From a virus, in IMG/VR virus record IMGVR_UViG_3300031521_000011, positions 1-64,000 of that record: DNA of 64,000 nucleotides. One strand, given 5' to 3'. The stretch's first letter is position 1; every line of letters starts with the position of its first letter. The notes under the pieces were generated by a model. It saw nothing but the letters and a program-made list of their open reading frames with translations, made no database searches and had not been told where the DNA came from. The position numbers were made by a program, and so were the translations under genes. Below, piece after piece: positions 48,187-58,557 of this stretch.

Positions 48187-48603
48187 TCAGGTATTGGTTG
48201 TGCCGAGTACGCCGCGAGCAGCGCGGTCATCGGTACGCTTCCGAAGATACATGAGCGCTTCCTCAAGCTTCTGGATGACGATTTCATTCTCCTTGCATTT
48301 GAAGCGGCCTGCCTGAAATGCCTTCATGCGCTCCAGTACCATGGCGATAACATCGGGATCAAACACGCCATTGACGCCCACTTCGTTGACGGGGCCTTGC
48401 TGGAAGTTGATGACGGCAAGAACTTCAATATCATTCGTGTCGATATCACCTATTTCGATATCCTTCTGGTCTGTGGAGTATGTACTGCCGGCGCTGTCCA
48501 ACACTGCGAAGTGATGCGGCGCTCCGTAGTACATATCTTCGGGGTTTTCATGAAAAACGACGGTATGCTTGTTTGTATAGAGCGAGCCTACAACTTTTTT
48601 CAT
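48187..48603 (-). CDS. Tad1-like (Acb2/Tad1 fold) anti-defence nucleotide sponge
   Basis: GAPHH, FQQG..GV.D.D, FQAG.F...EN, EEALM.L.KR..DR..R.VLGT match Tad1. Confidence 0.82.
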   Translation of the reverse strand: MKKVVGSLYTNKHTVVFHENPEDMYYGAPHHFAVLDSAGSTYSTDQKDIEIGDIDTNDIEVLAVINFQQGPVNEVGVNGVFDPDVIAMVLERMKAFQAGRFKCKENEIVIQKLEEALMYLRKRTDDRAARGVLGTTNT

Positions 48604-48803
48604 TTTCGTGCTCTCTTTCTTTTCCATTTACGATCAAGTTTCTTCCAATAATGTTCGCGGCTTACCTTGTCCCAGAATACAATCCAGTGCGCAACGAAAT
48701 TCCATACCGGATTGGCATATGATGCACACCATAATCGGATCCATCCGATTCCAGGAGGTCCCCACCACGCTGGGATGCTGCTCTTCCTCTTCTTCATTTT
48801 CAG

Positions 48804-49214
48804 TCAGTCCTTTTTTATAACATCGAGCTTGCCTCGTATGTCATTAGGAAGACCGCCCTTCCACTGGAAGCTGTTTTGCGTGATGTAATTATTGTATGAG
48901 CTGGCAGTACGGTTGGCTCTCATCATGGCTCCGGCAGCCCATTCTTTCTCATTGGCGTCTGTGCTGTCTTTATACTGCTCATAGGTGGCCTTATCAGCTT
49001 CGTAGCTGGATATCATGGCGCGAGCAGTATCCTCAACCTTTTTGAGTGTTTCGTAATTGGTTGCATCATCAGCCTTGTGCACGCTGAAGAACCAGCTATT
49101 CCATGCTGCCCTGCCGCCCGGGGTGGCGCCAAATATAATAAGGCCAATAATTAAAATTATGGCCACAACTAATCCAATGACCTTCCAGACGGTCCCGACT
49201 GAAGGTTCAAACAT
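48804..49214 (-). CDS. Membrane-anchored phage protein
   Basis: N-terminal TM; NYET.KKVEDT.RAMI. Confidence 0.65.
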   Translation of the reverse strand: MFEPSVGTVWKVIGLVVAIILIIGLIIFGATPGGRAAWNSWFFSVHKADDATNYETLKKVEDTARAMISSYEADKATYEQYKDSTDANEKEWAAGAMMRANRTASSYNNYITQNSFQWKGGLPNDIRGKLDVIKKD

Positions 49215-49215
49215 G

Positions 49216-49809
49216 TCACTTTACCTCCGTAATAATGCTGGGCGTATTTATCTTAACAGGCTGGTCTGTGTATTCATAGTATCCTTTATATTCATGATAG
49301 ATGCCGTCGGGGGTGAAGTAAAATACTCCTTCGGAATTTGCTCCATAGGAGCCGTCAACATCTGCAAGCCATTTATTGCGGTAGAGGCCGGTGGAGCCAG
49401 TAGTAATTTCGTAAAATTCACTTTCAGGTGTTAGGTAACTATTTAGATCACTGAGCTTGCCCTCAACAACATCCATTCCCAGGATAGCTCCGCTTTGTGT
49501 GTACTTAATAATATAACCTAGGGGTGGATTTGAAATAGGGCACGGTAAACTGAGTGCTTTTTCGCGCTGGCCATTCACCCAATAAGCACGACGTATCAAA
49601 TTGAAGCGCTCCAAGGAATAGTTGATGTCTGTTGGTGTTGGCTGAGTTTCCTCAAGCGTCTTGGATACAGCGAGTTGATTTTGAGAATCAGAACTGCTGT
49701 TCGTGTCATACTCGCAGGTCTCAGCTGTCAGCATTACGAATGCAATCAGGACAACGAAAATCAACAAGGCTTTCAGAATAGGTCTTCTCTTCATTCTCTT
49801 TCTCCTCAA
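49216..49809 (-). CDS. Exported or lipoprotein-like phage protein
   Basis: Signal-like N-terminus; QPTPTDI.YSLER, LADVDGSYG.N. Confidence 0.65.
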   Translation of the reverse strand: MRRKRMKRRPILKALLIFVVLIAFVMLTAETCEYDTNSSSDSQNQLAVSKTLEETQPTPTDINYSLERFNLIRRAYWVNGQREKALSLPCPISNPPLGYIIKYTQSGAILGMDVVEGKLSDLNSYLTPESEFYEITTGSTGLYRNKWLADVDGSYGANSEGVFYFTPDGIYHEYKGYYEYTDQPVKINTPSIITEVK

Positions 49810-50345
49810 ATTATATTTTCTGTGTCATCCGGAACCATTGCCGTTATTACGGATACGATGGCTGCGAGATACTTTCTCACTTCCACTCTGTCGCTCTCTT
49901 TTTCTTGCTCAGACAGATTGGTGTATGATGTGGATGCCTGCCGCTTCCACCTTTCGGCCGCCCATGTCGGAATGGTGACACTGCCGTCGTCATTTTCAGT
50001 ACATTTCGAGAATAGGTAATTCATCCAGCCCGACCAGGATTCATGCTCCACTATTCCGCAAGCTTCAATCATTGCGGGAGCATTGAAATAGAGTCTTTCT
50101 GCAAGATCCGATTCCATAATCTTTCTCCTTTCTAGTATTCTTACTGTTTCTCTGACATCTATCATCCGTGCCCCGGCCTCCACCGCCTGCTTCCTCTTGC
50201 GAGCCGTAGTAAGGTCAAAGTGTGGATGGTTCGACTTCTTATTTTGAAACCATTCGCGCCGTAAGTCAATAGCGAGAGCGAATTTTATTAACTCGCTCTC
50301 GCTAGAGTCGGAAACCATGTGACCCATCTGGTCTACGAAAATCAT
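49806..50345 (-). CDS. DUF4031-like domain fused to a second domain
   Basis: HMVSDS..EL..FA..I.L.REWFQ..HPHFDL. Confidence 0.65.
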   Translation of the reverse strand: MIFVDQMGHMVSDSSESELIKFALAIDLRREWFQNKKSNHPHFDLTTARKRKQAVEAGARMIDVRETVRILERRKIMESDLAERLYFNAPAMIEACGIVEHESWSGWMNYLFSKCTENDDGSVTIPTWAAERWKRQASTSYTNLSEQEKESDRVEVRKYLAAIVSVITAMVPDDTENII

Positions 50346-50616
50346 TCTGACGGCTCCTCTTCGGGACCCTTGATAACCAGGTAGATACCTTCATTGTTTG
50401 CGAATGTCTGGATGAACTCCATATTCAGATTTACAGCAAGAGCCTTAAGCTCATCATTGTATGGGGTAAATCTGAAATACTCTTCACCTATCCTGTATTT
50501 TAGATAGTATCGGATATCATCTTTATTTTCCCTATTCTTATAGACAGTGTCCATGATAAGGTCTTCATATTTTTCCCAAGTAAGGTATATACCAACGCTT
50601 TTCTGTATATCCATAT

Positions 50617-51093
50617 CTACGCCTCCGCAGGTGTTGGGTCTCCGGCGATGTGCACATCAATCAGGATGTATTCCATAGGCTTTACGGGAGTGACTTGTCG
50701 ACTCACAATAAAGTACGCATCGCTCTTCCATTTGATTACATCGACGACGGACGTTCCGCCGTATATTTCATACCGGATGGTTATGACTGACGAGGAAAGC
50801 TCCTCGTCAGTCACCTCTGGCACTTGATCATTGTAAAAAAGTCGCAGGGCAACTCTTCTTGCATTGATATCGGGCATTGATTTTTTCCTCCATTGATCTG
50901 CAGTATATTCAACCAAAAGGGGTACACCGATCAGATCATCTATGTAGGTATGTGGGCAGAAGTCCTTCCATTTGATTCCTTCAGACTCCGCCCAGATTTT
51001 GAGTAACTCGAGAGCCTGGTCCGATTCGGCATCTTCGTGCGCAACCATGACGATACACAGTTGTCGAATCCAGAGTTTGAACAGTGGGTTCAT
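50617..51093 (-). CDS. Hypothetical protein
   Basis: ATGA-coupled to ligA. Confidence 0.55.
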   Translation of the reverse strand: MNPLFKLWIRQLCIVMVAHEDAESDQALELLKIWAESEGIKWKDFCPHTYIDDLIGVPLLVEYTADQWRKKSMPDINARRVALRLFYNDQVPEVTDEELSSSVITIRYEIYGGTSVVDVIKWKSDAYFIVSRQVTPVKPMEYILIDVHIAGDPTPAEA

Positions 51094-53102
51094 TTTATCA
51101 TCTCCAGGAAGTCTGCCTGAGAGATACAGGGGATTCCCAAAGAAACCGCCTTCTCCTGCTTGCTCCCGGCGTTTTCACCCACCAGCACAAACGACGTCTT
51201 CGCCGATACGCTGCCGGATACCTTACCACCATTCTTCTCAACCAGCTCTTCAGCCTCCTTGCGCCCAAGCGTCGGGAGCGTACCGGTCACAACAACAGTT
51301 TTACCTTTAAGAACGCCGTCAGCAACGAGTACTTCATCCTTCGGGCGCACGCCGGCGGCATACATCATGTTGAGCGCATCGATATTCGTCGGGTTATCGA
51401 AGAAGTCCCTGATGGACGTCGCTACGATGTCCCCGATATCCTGAATGCTCATCAGCTCATCATAGGTGGCCTTGAAGACATTGTCAAATGTGCCAAACCT
51501 CTTGGCAAGCCGTTTTGCAGTTCCCTCTCCGGAGTTGGGCATGCCCAGCGCATAAATGAAGTGCTTGAGGTCCGGATTTTTCGCAGCTTCGATTGCCGCC
51601 AGCAACTTCTCAACCTTCCGCACACCCACCCCTGCAAGCTGACACATTTCATCCTTGTAGGTATGCAGATAGAAGATCGAATCGATGCCCTTCAGCATGC
51701 CGGCATTGAACAACAATTTGATCGTTTGCTCACTGAGGCCGTCGATATCAAGGCAATCCTTGGATGCCAGGTGTGTCATCGCACCGACGATTTGCGGAGG
51801 ACAGCTCAGTGTATTGCTGCAGAATATATGCGCACCAAACTCAATAACTGCAGCTCCGCAGGCCGGGCAGACGACAGGAACAATTACATTCCTCTCAACA
51901 TTAGAATCGATGCCGGCATCATTCGGTGCGGAACCCATGATCTCGGGGATGACGTCGTTGCTACGGCGGATCCACACCCGTCCATTGATCTTTACTTGCT
52001 TTCTCTCAACGTCGCCAGCGTTGTTAAGCGTCGCCCGGCGGATGGTTGCGCCACCAATATCAATCGGGTCCACTTCGGCGACAGGTGTCAGCTTGCCTGT
52101 GTGGCCGACTTCCCATACAACATCGCGTATCGTGGTGATAAGCTCTTCAGCCTCGAACTTCCAAGCGATGGCCCACCGGGGATACCTGTTTGTCCACCCA
52201 AGAACATCGCGCGTGGGGAAGTCGATAACCTTGATAACGGCTCCGTCGATGAGATAATCCAGACCACTCCTCTGTTTTTGCAGTCCATCAATTTCCTCGA
52301 TGATTTGCTCGATGCTACCGGTGGCCTTTAGGAAGCGGTTGGTGGGGAATTTGTTCCAGCGCAGGAACTCCATCATGTCCATATGGCCGTTCATTACGCC
52401 GCCGGTTGGGCTCATGGCATTCGGGAGGTCAATGTAGTTGACGTTATAGAAGAACGCCCTGATCCCCCGGGCGGCCGTTTCTTTAGGGTTGAGATTGCGA
52501 ATCGCGCCGGCCACGGCGTTCCGTGCATTCTTCAATTGCGACTCTGACTTGGCGTTATATGCGGCCAGCGCTGACAATGGCATATACGCCTCTCCCTGAG
52601 CCTCTAGGAGCCCTTTGTACGGTATCGAAAGAGGAACCGTCTTAATGGTCTTGACCTGCTCCAGAACGCACTCTCCGGTCTCGCCGTCGCCCCTGGTGGT
52701 AGCCTGAATGAGATTGCCCTCATTGTATGTGAGATTGATTGTCAACCCATCGAACTTCATCTCAAGAGCATACTGAACCTTTGGAAGATTGTACTCCACT
52801 GCAGTGGCTTCAATCTTGGCAGCCCATGAGCGCAGGTCATCAATCGTCCGGACCTTATCAAGGCTATAGAGCGGTGCGAGATGTTTGTGCTGCTGGAACC
52901 CTGTCAGTGTAGCGCCGCCCACACGCTGGGTCGGTGAGTTCGGAAGGAAGTAGCCAAGTTCGGCTTCCATTTTCAGGAGGTCATCGAATTTCTTGTCATA
53001 CTCTGCATCCGACACTCTTGGCTCGTCGAGCACATAGTACCGATACGCCAGGTCATTGAGTTCATCGACGAGTAGTGCCATTGCCTCTGCCATTGGTTTC
53101 AT
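51090..53102 (-). CDS. ligA: NAD-dependent DNA ligase
   Basis: YY..D.P..D..YD, SPTQRVG, EMKFDG, TRGDG, PRWAIAWKF, C4 zinc finger, HhH, C-terminal BRCT. Confidence 0.96.
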   Translation of the reverse strand: MKPMAEAMALLVDELNDLAYRYYVLDEPRVSDAEYDKKFDDLLKMEAELGYFLPNSPTQRVGGATLTGFQQHKHLAPLYSLDKVRTIDDLRSWAAKIEATAVEYNLPKVQYALEMKFDGLTINLTYNEGNLIQATTRGDGETGECVLEQVKTIKTVPLSIPYKGLLEAQGEAYMPLSALAAYNAKSESQLKNARNAVAGAIRNLNPKETAARGIRAFFYNVNYIDLPNAMSPTGGVMNGHMDMMEFLRWNKFPTNRFLKATGSIEQIIEEIDGLQKQRSGLDYLIDGAVIKVIDFPTRDVLGWTNRYPRWAIAWKFEAEELITTIRDVVWEVGHTGKLTPVAEVDPIDIGGATIRRATLNNAGDVERKQVKINGRVWIRRSNDVIPEIMGSAPNDAGIDSNVERNVIVPVVCPACGAAVIEFGAHIFCSNTLSCPPQIVGAMTHLASKDCLDIDGLSEQTIKLLFNAGMLKGIDSIFYLHTYKDEMCQLAGVGVRKVEKLLAAIEAAKNPDLKHFIYALGMPNSGEGTAKRLAKRFGTFDNVFKATYDELMSIQDIGDIVATSIRDFFDNPTNIDALNMMYAAGVRPKDEVLVADGVLKGKTVVVTGTLPTLGRKEAEELVEKNGGKVSGSVSAKTSFVLVGENAGSKQEKAVSLGIPCISQADFLEMIK

Positions 53103-53488
53103 TGTTGTTCCTCCTCAATTTTACATCCAGCAGCTTTCATAATGCGAAGCCACTTTTCTTCAGTAGTATGACCATCCCAGTTGGACTTTTCCATCTTGCG
53201 AAGATTTCCGAGATCAAAACTGTCCGGGATATGGAATGTTATCTCTCCGCCATTCAGACTTATAACCCTTAACCATCCGGCCCACGATGGATCATCGGCA
53301 TGGTCTTCATCGTAGTACCAACCTGGGCGCGCCGAGTCATCTGCTGGCCTGCAGCATTCATCCGCCCATAGGTTTGCTTCAACAGCCATTGCCAATGCCA
53401 ACATATTTCTTTCCCAATAAGCGAGGTCTAGGGCTTGTTTGGCGCTTAGATCCTTATTCCAGGTCGTTATTACTTTTGGAATTTTCAT
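53099..53488 (-). CDS. WDGH-motif phage protein
   Basis: Y.ERN.L, ITFH, WDGHT; motif at 53500-53514. Confidence 0.65.
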   Translation of the reverse strand: MKIPKVITTWNKDLSAKQALDLAYWERNMLALAMAVEANLWADECCRPADDSARPGWYYDEDHADDPSWAGWLRVISLNGGEITFHIPDSFDLGNLRKMEKSNWDGHTTEEKWLRIMKAAGCKIEEEQQ

Positions 53489-53521
53489 ATTCGCCCTCCT
53501 TTTATCTCTTATACTAAAGGT

Positions 53522-54076
53522 TTACTCTTTCTCGCTGTCAAGATATTCATTGCAGTCTTTTGGCAGCACGCAGATAGTGGCTTCAGGAGCATTTTCTTCA
53601 ATGAGTTTACGGACGATTTTCCAATCTCCTCCGGCCAGCCCGCAGCCAAGCCTGAAAGGTAAATAGAGAGGGAGGTCCAACTTGCGGGAAAGCTCCGCTA
53701 CAGTGCGAAGACATTTCGTCAATGCATCATAATCTGTCGCCACGCCAGACTGTGCGAATACACTCACTCCGGAATCCAGGTCAATTACTACATTGTCTTC
53801 GACCATCTTATTAAGAATTTTCTTAAAGTCAGTGATTCCATCCTGCGCTGCCATGTTGGCGATACAAAGATCGTTTTCAACAGCGACTGTGAGTACTACG
53901 CCGAGCTTTAAATCACCGCTCTCATAAAACTGATGATACTGCTCATATGCGTATGGGTACATTCTGCGGATCTGCAGCGCCAGGCCACCGCCCATGACGC
54001 CGATACAGTTAACCTGATGGCCAATGATTCCTCTTTTGTTGTCGAGGATGTTTCTTATTACAACATGGTTTTTCAT
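53522..54076 (-). CDS. Macrodomain protein (ADP-ribose binding/hydrolase, Poa1p/DarG-like)
   Basis: HQVNCIGVMGGGLALQIR, TDYDAL, LGCGLAGGDW. Confidence 0.9.
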   Translation of the reverse strand: MKNHVVIRNILDNKRGIIGHQVNCIGVMGGGLALQIRRMYPYAYEQYHQFYESGDLKLGVVLTVAVENDLCIANMAAQDGITDFKKILNKMVEDNVVIDLDSGVSVFAQSGVATDYDALTKCLRTVAELSRKLDLPLYLPFRLGCGLAGGDWKIVRKLIEENAPEATICVLPKDCNEYLDSEKE

Positions 54077-54126
54077 CTTTCCTCCTAAAAAATAAGGGCC
54101 CCTGGCGGGGCCCTGGAATGCAGGTG

Positions 54127-54741
54127 TTACAGTTGCTGTGTCTGCCGCTCAATGACATCCTTACGGATATCGTCGAACTGCTTGCAGTTGAGAGCGAAAT
54201 TATCTTCAGAGAGAATGACGTAATCCGACATGGATGGAGGAATAAACTCCTCATTCTCCACAGCATTGATGAGGCGTTCGATAGCCAGTCGATGCCTGAT
54301 ATGCTCACATGACATACTGCGAGACTTGTCTGCCAACATGTGCCTAAGACAAGTCTCGGCTGAAGCATAGAGGAATATTCTGACAATCATGCACTCTTTG
54401 GAATTGAATACTTGTTTCATTGCCGCTGCCCCTACCCGCTCCATCACGATGCAAATTTCGTCATGCTGCTGGAGTTTTTCTTCAACTTCATTTTTGGATG
54501 TGCCATACATGTAGTTGTTGTAAGGAGCTGTTTCTACAAAAAGTTCTTGTCTTTCCATGAGATCAAAAGCATAATTCCCCTTAACAAAATGATAGTTAAC
54601 CCCGTCAACTTCACCCAGGCGCATCGGGCGAGACGTATGACTGATCAGCTCGCCCATGCCATATGTAGGCTTGATATATTCATTTACCAGTGTGGTCTTG
54701 CCGGATCCAGATGGACCCACAATGATGTAGATTGTCTTCAT
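54127..54741 (-). CDS. gmk: Guanylate kinase-like protein
   Basis: GPSGSGKT, SHTSRPMR.GEVDGVNYHF, YGTS. Confidence 0.88.
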   Translation of the reverse strand: MKTIYIIVGPSGSGKTTLVNEYIKPTYGMGELISHTSRPMRLGEVDGVNYHFVKGNYAFDLMERQELFVETAPYNNYMYGTSKNEVEEKLQQHDEICIVMERVGAAAMKQVFNSKECMIVRIFLYASAETCLRHMLADKSRSMSCEHIRHRLAIERLINAVENEEFIPPSMSDYVILSEDNFALNCKQFDDIRKDVIERQTQQL

Positions 54742-55172
54742 TTACTTACCCTCTCAAATATATTCCCACAGGTATAACACTCACAAAAATTTGGTTGATT
54801 AGCTACTGCTCCGCAAAGTTCCTCATTACAGACAGGGCATGGAGGAAAGTTTACTTTCCTTAGTTTACCCCGGCCGGCAGCCAGTTTAAACATTGCCGTT
54901 ACAGGTGGAGCATAATATGGAATGAAATGCCTTTTTTTGGTTCGCTTTTTGTCATATCGAGGTTCTGCTTTTTCATATCCCTCAACAAGATATCTGGCGC
55001 CCGGTGTTGGTTTAGGATTATACTTGTCTTGGTGTCTAAACCATGACAGGCCAAGCCTATCTATCACATCTTTGGGTTTTTCTCCAGGCTGGATAACGCA
55101 AATTACTTTGCCTTCCATTTTGGTTCTATGACTTCTAGATATCCATGTGACGGCTTGGCCTATAATATCCAT
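54738..55172 (-). CDS. Basic hypothetical protein with C-terminal Zn ribbon
   Basis: CPVC...CYTC. Confidence 0.6.
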   Translation of the reverse strand: MDIIGQAVTWISRSHRTKMEGKVICVIQPGEKPKDVIDRLGLSWFRHQDKYNPKPTPGARYLVEGYEKAEPRYDKKRTKKRHFIPYYAPPVTAMFKLAAGRGKLRKVNFPPCPVCNEELCGAVANQPNFCECYTCGNIFERVSK

Positions 55173-55732
55173 GTATATTACTCCTCTATCAGGAATCGTT
55201 CTCTGAAAACCGGATTCAATGTATCAATACATAAGTTGAGGACATTGATAAACTGTGCTTCATCCTTATCGATCAAGTTCCTCGTAATCGATGCAATGGC
55301 GTCATGGCCAGCCCAGTCGAGCTGAAGGGCCTTTTCTTCACTTAAGCCGAGAAGCAGATCAAGGGTAACAATAACGCATAGCCTGCCTTCTTCATTTTCC
55401 TTAAAAAGCCTCATTACCTCACTGAACAAACTATTCATGTCAGTCCTCCGGCATGATAAGCATAATCGTTGATCCGTTATCAATTGCCTCAAAGGCCATA
55501 TCTCCATATATTACGCTTTGATGATAACAAGCTCCTTCTGGACTGTCAACCCGCTCTTGAATCAAGCTAACAATTTTAGTTACGAATGATACCATCGATT
55601 CTCCTTCCAGTAAAGGAGTCATCGTGTTGGTGAAATTGTCAGAGAGGGTAATTCCTGATTGATATCGAATAGGGTCAAAGTCTGCGGTTTTGCAGCCCCC
55701 TTCCTGTGGCTTTAGGCGTAGTTCAGGCATGG

Positions 55733-56101
55733 TCAATCCCTTTCTTCATATTGTAATTTTTCTCCGCATCTGATTGCTCCAAAGTGAGTGTTTAGGTATT
55801 TTGAGAGGAGATGCCTGTGGCAGAATTGTCCAGGTATACAATAACAGGCAAGATGATATGTTGCCTCTTTATCTGGAAAAACCTCTTCAAAGATACCCAT
55901 GGTGAGAGCCCTATTGAGAATGTCAAAATATCTTTTCTCATATTCATCTGCCGTAATTTTCCCCTTCTTTACCTTGTTCACCATGTCCCAGGTAGGGGAC
56001 AGTGTCCGTGCATGTCCAGATGCACTCGCTGCCGTGATATCAATTACATTAGGTAGATTCAAGATGTTGGCAACCGATATTTGGACCGTGTAAACTTTCA
56101 T
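55733..56101 (-). CDS. DUF488-like protein
   Basis: LSPTWD, YEKRY, LACYC....CHRHLL. Confidence 0.7.
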   Translation of the reverse strand: MKVYTVQISVANILNLPNVIDITAASASGHARTLSPTWDMVNKVKKGKITADEYEKRYFDILNRALTMGIFEEVFPDKEATYHLACYCIPGQFCHRHLLSKYLNTHFGAIRCGEKLQYEERD

Positions 56102-56187
56102 CATTACTCCTTTCATGTCAAAAAATAACAATAAGTGCTGACAGCAAAAAGCTGTCAGCACTACATACTTTTATTACTTATACCAGA

Positions 56188-57555
56188 TTATCTGTTGGTG
56201 GAGGCAAATTCGATGATATATCGAATAGCTTGCTGACCGCTATCATATACGATGAATTCATTGTGCAATAGACTGCTTCCTGCAACTCCCTTGACACTAT
56301 CAAATCCGGAAGGCGCCTTGAGATGGTAAACGGAGTTTCGCTCCTCTTTGATCCTTCCGCAGGCGACGTCGGCGACGAATAGGAAGGCAGTGGGATGGGC
56401 ATTTTGACGACCACCGAAGCGGCTGCACGCATACTGGGTAGATTTAGTCGATTGATCAGCGAAATAGATTCCAGGTCCAAACATTGCTCCAGTGATATAC
56501 ACCCCCGACAATTGTGTTGGGAGCTTAAGGAAAGAGGAGAGAATCCCGGGCAGGTTGGCCGTTCTTGAGCCATGAAAAAGTTCTTTGACATTACCAATTC
56601 CCTCCTTGAATGCCGGCGCACGCTTCTGCTTTACGCCGAACATATTGACAGCGCTTAGCTTGACGGAGTGATGGTTGCTCTGGGAGTTGATCATATAGTC
56701 CTCCAGATGCCGCCATAGACCTGAACCACGTGGAATCGCCCAAAGATCACTATACAAGGAATCGTAGCGTTTGTCGATATCGTCGCTGACGATGACATCC
56801 TCCATGCGCAGGGAGTCCTCATAAAATTTCAACAGATCAAGCTCCATGCTGATTTTGTCATCATTACCGATGAGGACATCTTCCAGACTTATTTTCCTGC
56901 TGCCGAACGAGCGGGGAATAATGCGGCGATACTGCTCCGATAAACTCTGAATCATTGGAGCATCATGTATCTTGATGGACTTCGCAATCTCCTCAAGCGC
57001 TGCCCGGCCCATGCCGATTTGTTTATTACTGAGCTTACCAAGCGGAGCTTTCTGGTCTAGTGTGGCCTGACCATTAATGAATGAAGAAAGGGCTGCTCCG
57101 CTTTCATCGAAGATGTGTTGCACGAACTTCCGGACCTCAGGCTCAAGATTGCTCCGGTTTTCTGCTTTAATGGTAGTTGGGGCAGCAATGACTTCATTGG
57201 CGTCAATCATCTTCTGGGCTTCGGCGCTGCCAGTGGAACTCTGTGCCAGCTCGATCTCCACGTATCCCTTCTTGGTCTTTTCATGGACGATTGCACTGAA
57301 TTCCGAGCGAGCCAGACTTGCAGAGATGCCAGAGTTGCCACGCACCTGTTTTGTGGACGTTACCCCAAGCCTTCCGTATTCAGAGAAAATCCTATAGACA
57401 CCATTAGCTCCCTCATGAAGTTCAATGGTGTAGTATTTGTTCGAGTTTACGCCCACCTCAAAGAAGTTTAAGGTCTTTTTATCCACGACCTTATAGGACG
57501 AGAATGGGCTCCCCACATCCAAGTGAGGAGCCCAGTTAAGTGCGCTTAGTCCCAT
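56188..57555 (-). CDS. Poly(ADP-ribose) polymerase-like protein (WGR, helical regulatory and ART domains)
   Basis: NKYY.IEL..YGRLG..F..K.KKGY (WGR); PLGKLS..QI, Y..IP..FG (regulatory); LFHGS, MFGPGIYFA..KS.QY, NEFIVYD (H-Y-E triad); GGAGG RBS before MGLS. Confidence 0.9.
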   Translation of the reverse strand: MGLSALNWAPHLDVGSPFSSYKVVDKKTLNFFEVGVNSNKYYTIELHEGANGVYRIFSEYGRLGVTSTKQVRGNSGISASLARSEFSAIVHEKTKKGYVEIELAQSSTGSAEAQKMIDANEVIAAPTTIKAENRSNLEPEVRKFVQHIFDESGAALSSFINGQATLDQKAPLGKLSNKQIGMGRAALEEIAKSIKIHDAPMIQSLSEQYRRIIPRSFGSRKISLEDVLIGNDDKISMELDLLKFYEDSLRMEDVIVSDDIDKRYDSLYSDLWAIPRGSGLWRHLEDYMINSQSNHHSVKLSAVNMFGVKQKRAPAFKEGIGNVKELFHGSRTANLPGILSSFLKLPTQLSGVYITGAMFGPGIYFADQSTKSTQYACSRFGGRQNAHPTAFLFVADVACGRIKEERNSVYHLKAPSGFDSVKGVAGSSLLHNEFIVYDSGQQAIRYIIEFASTNR

Positions 57556-57556
57556 G

Positions 57557-58330
57557 TTAGCCTCCAAATCCATCCTTTACAGAGTGAGGGCCGTCGATGC
57601 CGAGGAAGGTTGCTTCGGTGATTGGGGTAAGTGGTGCCGCGCAGGTATCGATTTCTACTGCAGTGACAGAGGGCGCTGTAAGGGCGGGCACAGGGCAATC
57701 CACAATCTTCTTGTAGAGTACATTCTCCCGATAGCGCCGCGCTTCCTTCTGAAGTATCTTGTAGAACAAGATTTCCTTACCAAGCTCTACGTCCTGCACG
57801 TTGTTGGCTTGGCACCTTATCTTCCTGATATGGAGCTTGCCATCGAATCCGTAGTATTTTGCTACGGTAACAGGACCACTTGTGAAATATTCGACAATCG
57901 GAAGAGCAGCCATCAGTATTTGTACGTTCTGATATTTCTTCGGGATCTCAATCTGTGTGCCGCCCATTGGGACAACATGCTGAGCAGCCCTAAATTCCGG
58001 CTTGATGTCGGGTAATTCTTTTTCAATGATCTCGTATTGGGCAGGATTCTGATATCTTATGGAGCGGCTGCCGGCCTGACGAATGATGCCAATGTCGCCA
58101 GTTTCCTCAACTTGCGCGAGCAAGTACTCACAATCGGGCTCAAGGAGGTCGGCGCGTTCAACGCCCTTGCATCCCGTTATCTTGATAGAGTCGTCCTGGA
58201 AGTCTTTAGGGGACAGAATCAACACGGTTCTGTTTTTGAGCCATCTGTTGAGATCAAAGCCACCTGCGTCAATGACTTTGGCTTTGTCGCCGGGGACCAG
58301 CTTCTGAATGTCGAGTGTAGTGTCGCACAT
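57557..58330 (-). CDS. Hypothetical protein
   Basis: AAAGGAG RBS; coupled to the PARP gene. Confidence 0.6.
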   Translation of the reverse strand: MCDTTLDIQKLVPGDKAKVIDAGGFDLNRWLKNRTVLILSPKDFQDDSIKITGCKGVERADLLEPDCEYLLAQVEETGDIGIIRQAGSRSIRYQNPAQYEIIEKELPDIKPEFRAAQHVVPMGGTQIEIPKKYQNVQILMAALPIVEYFTSGPVTVAKYYGFDGKLHIRKIRCQANNVQDVELGKEILFYKILQKEARRYRENVLYKKIVDCPVPALTAPSVTAVEIDTCAAPLTPITEATFLGIDGPHSVKDGFGG

Positions 58331-58557
58331 GGGTGAGAGTGCTCCTTTCTTTATTTTGGAAATTTTAGAAACGAAAAAAGCGGTTCTATTTGCGCTTCAT
58401 AGAAACCATCTGCCTTTCCTATTTTATATCTTGTGTCATAGCCATTTTCCTTTTTTTTCCATTTCCGTCTTTAATTGCAGGTATGAGTCAAATCGATTAT
58501 AATGAACTGAGTAAAAAGCATTATACCACAAAACAATCCACAGTTGGAGGAGTTAAA

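Noticed and set aside
51084-52331. 415-aa plus-strand ORF
   Set aside because: Antisense shadow of ligA with no recognisable motifs
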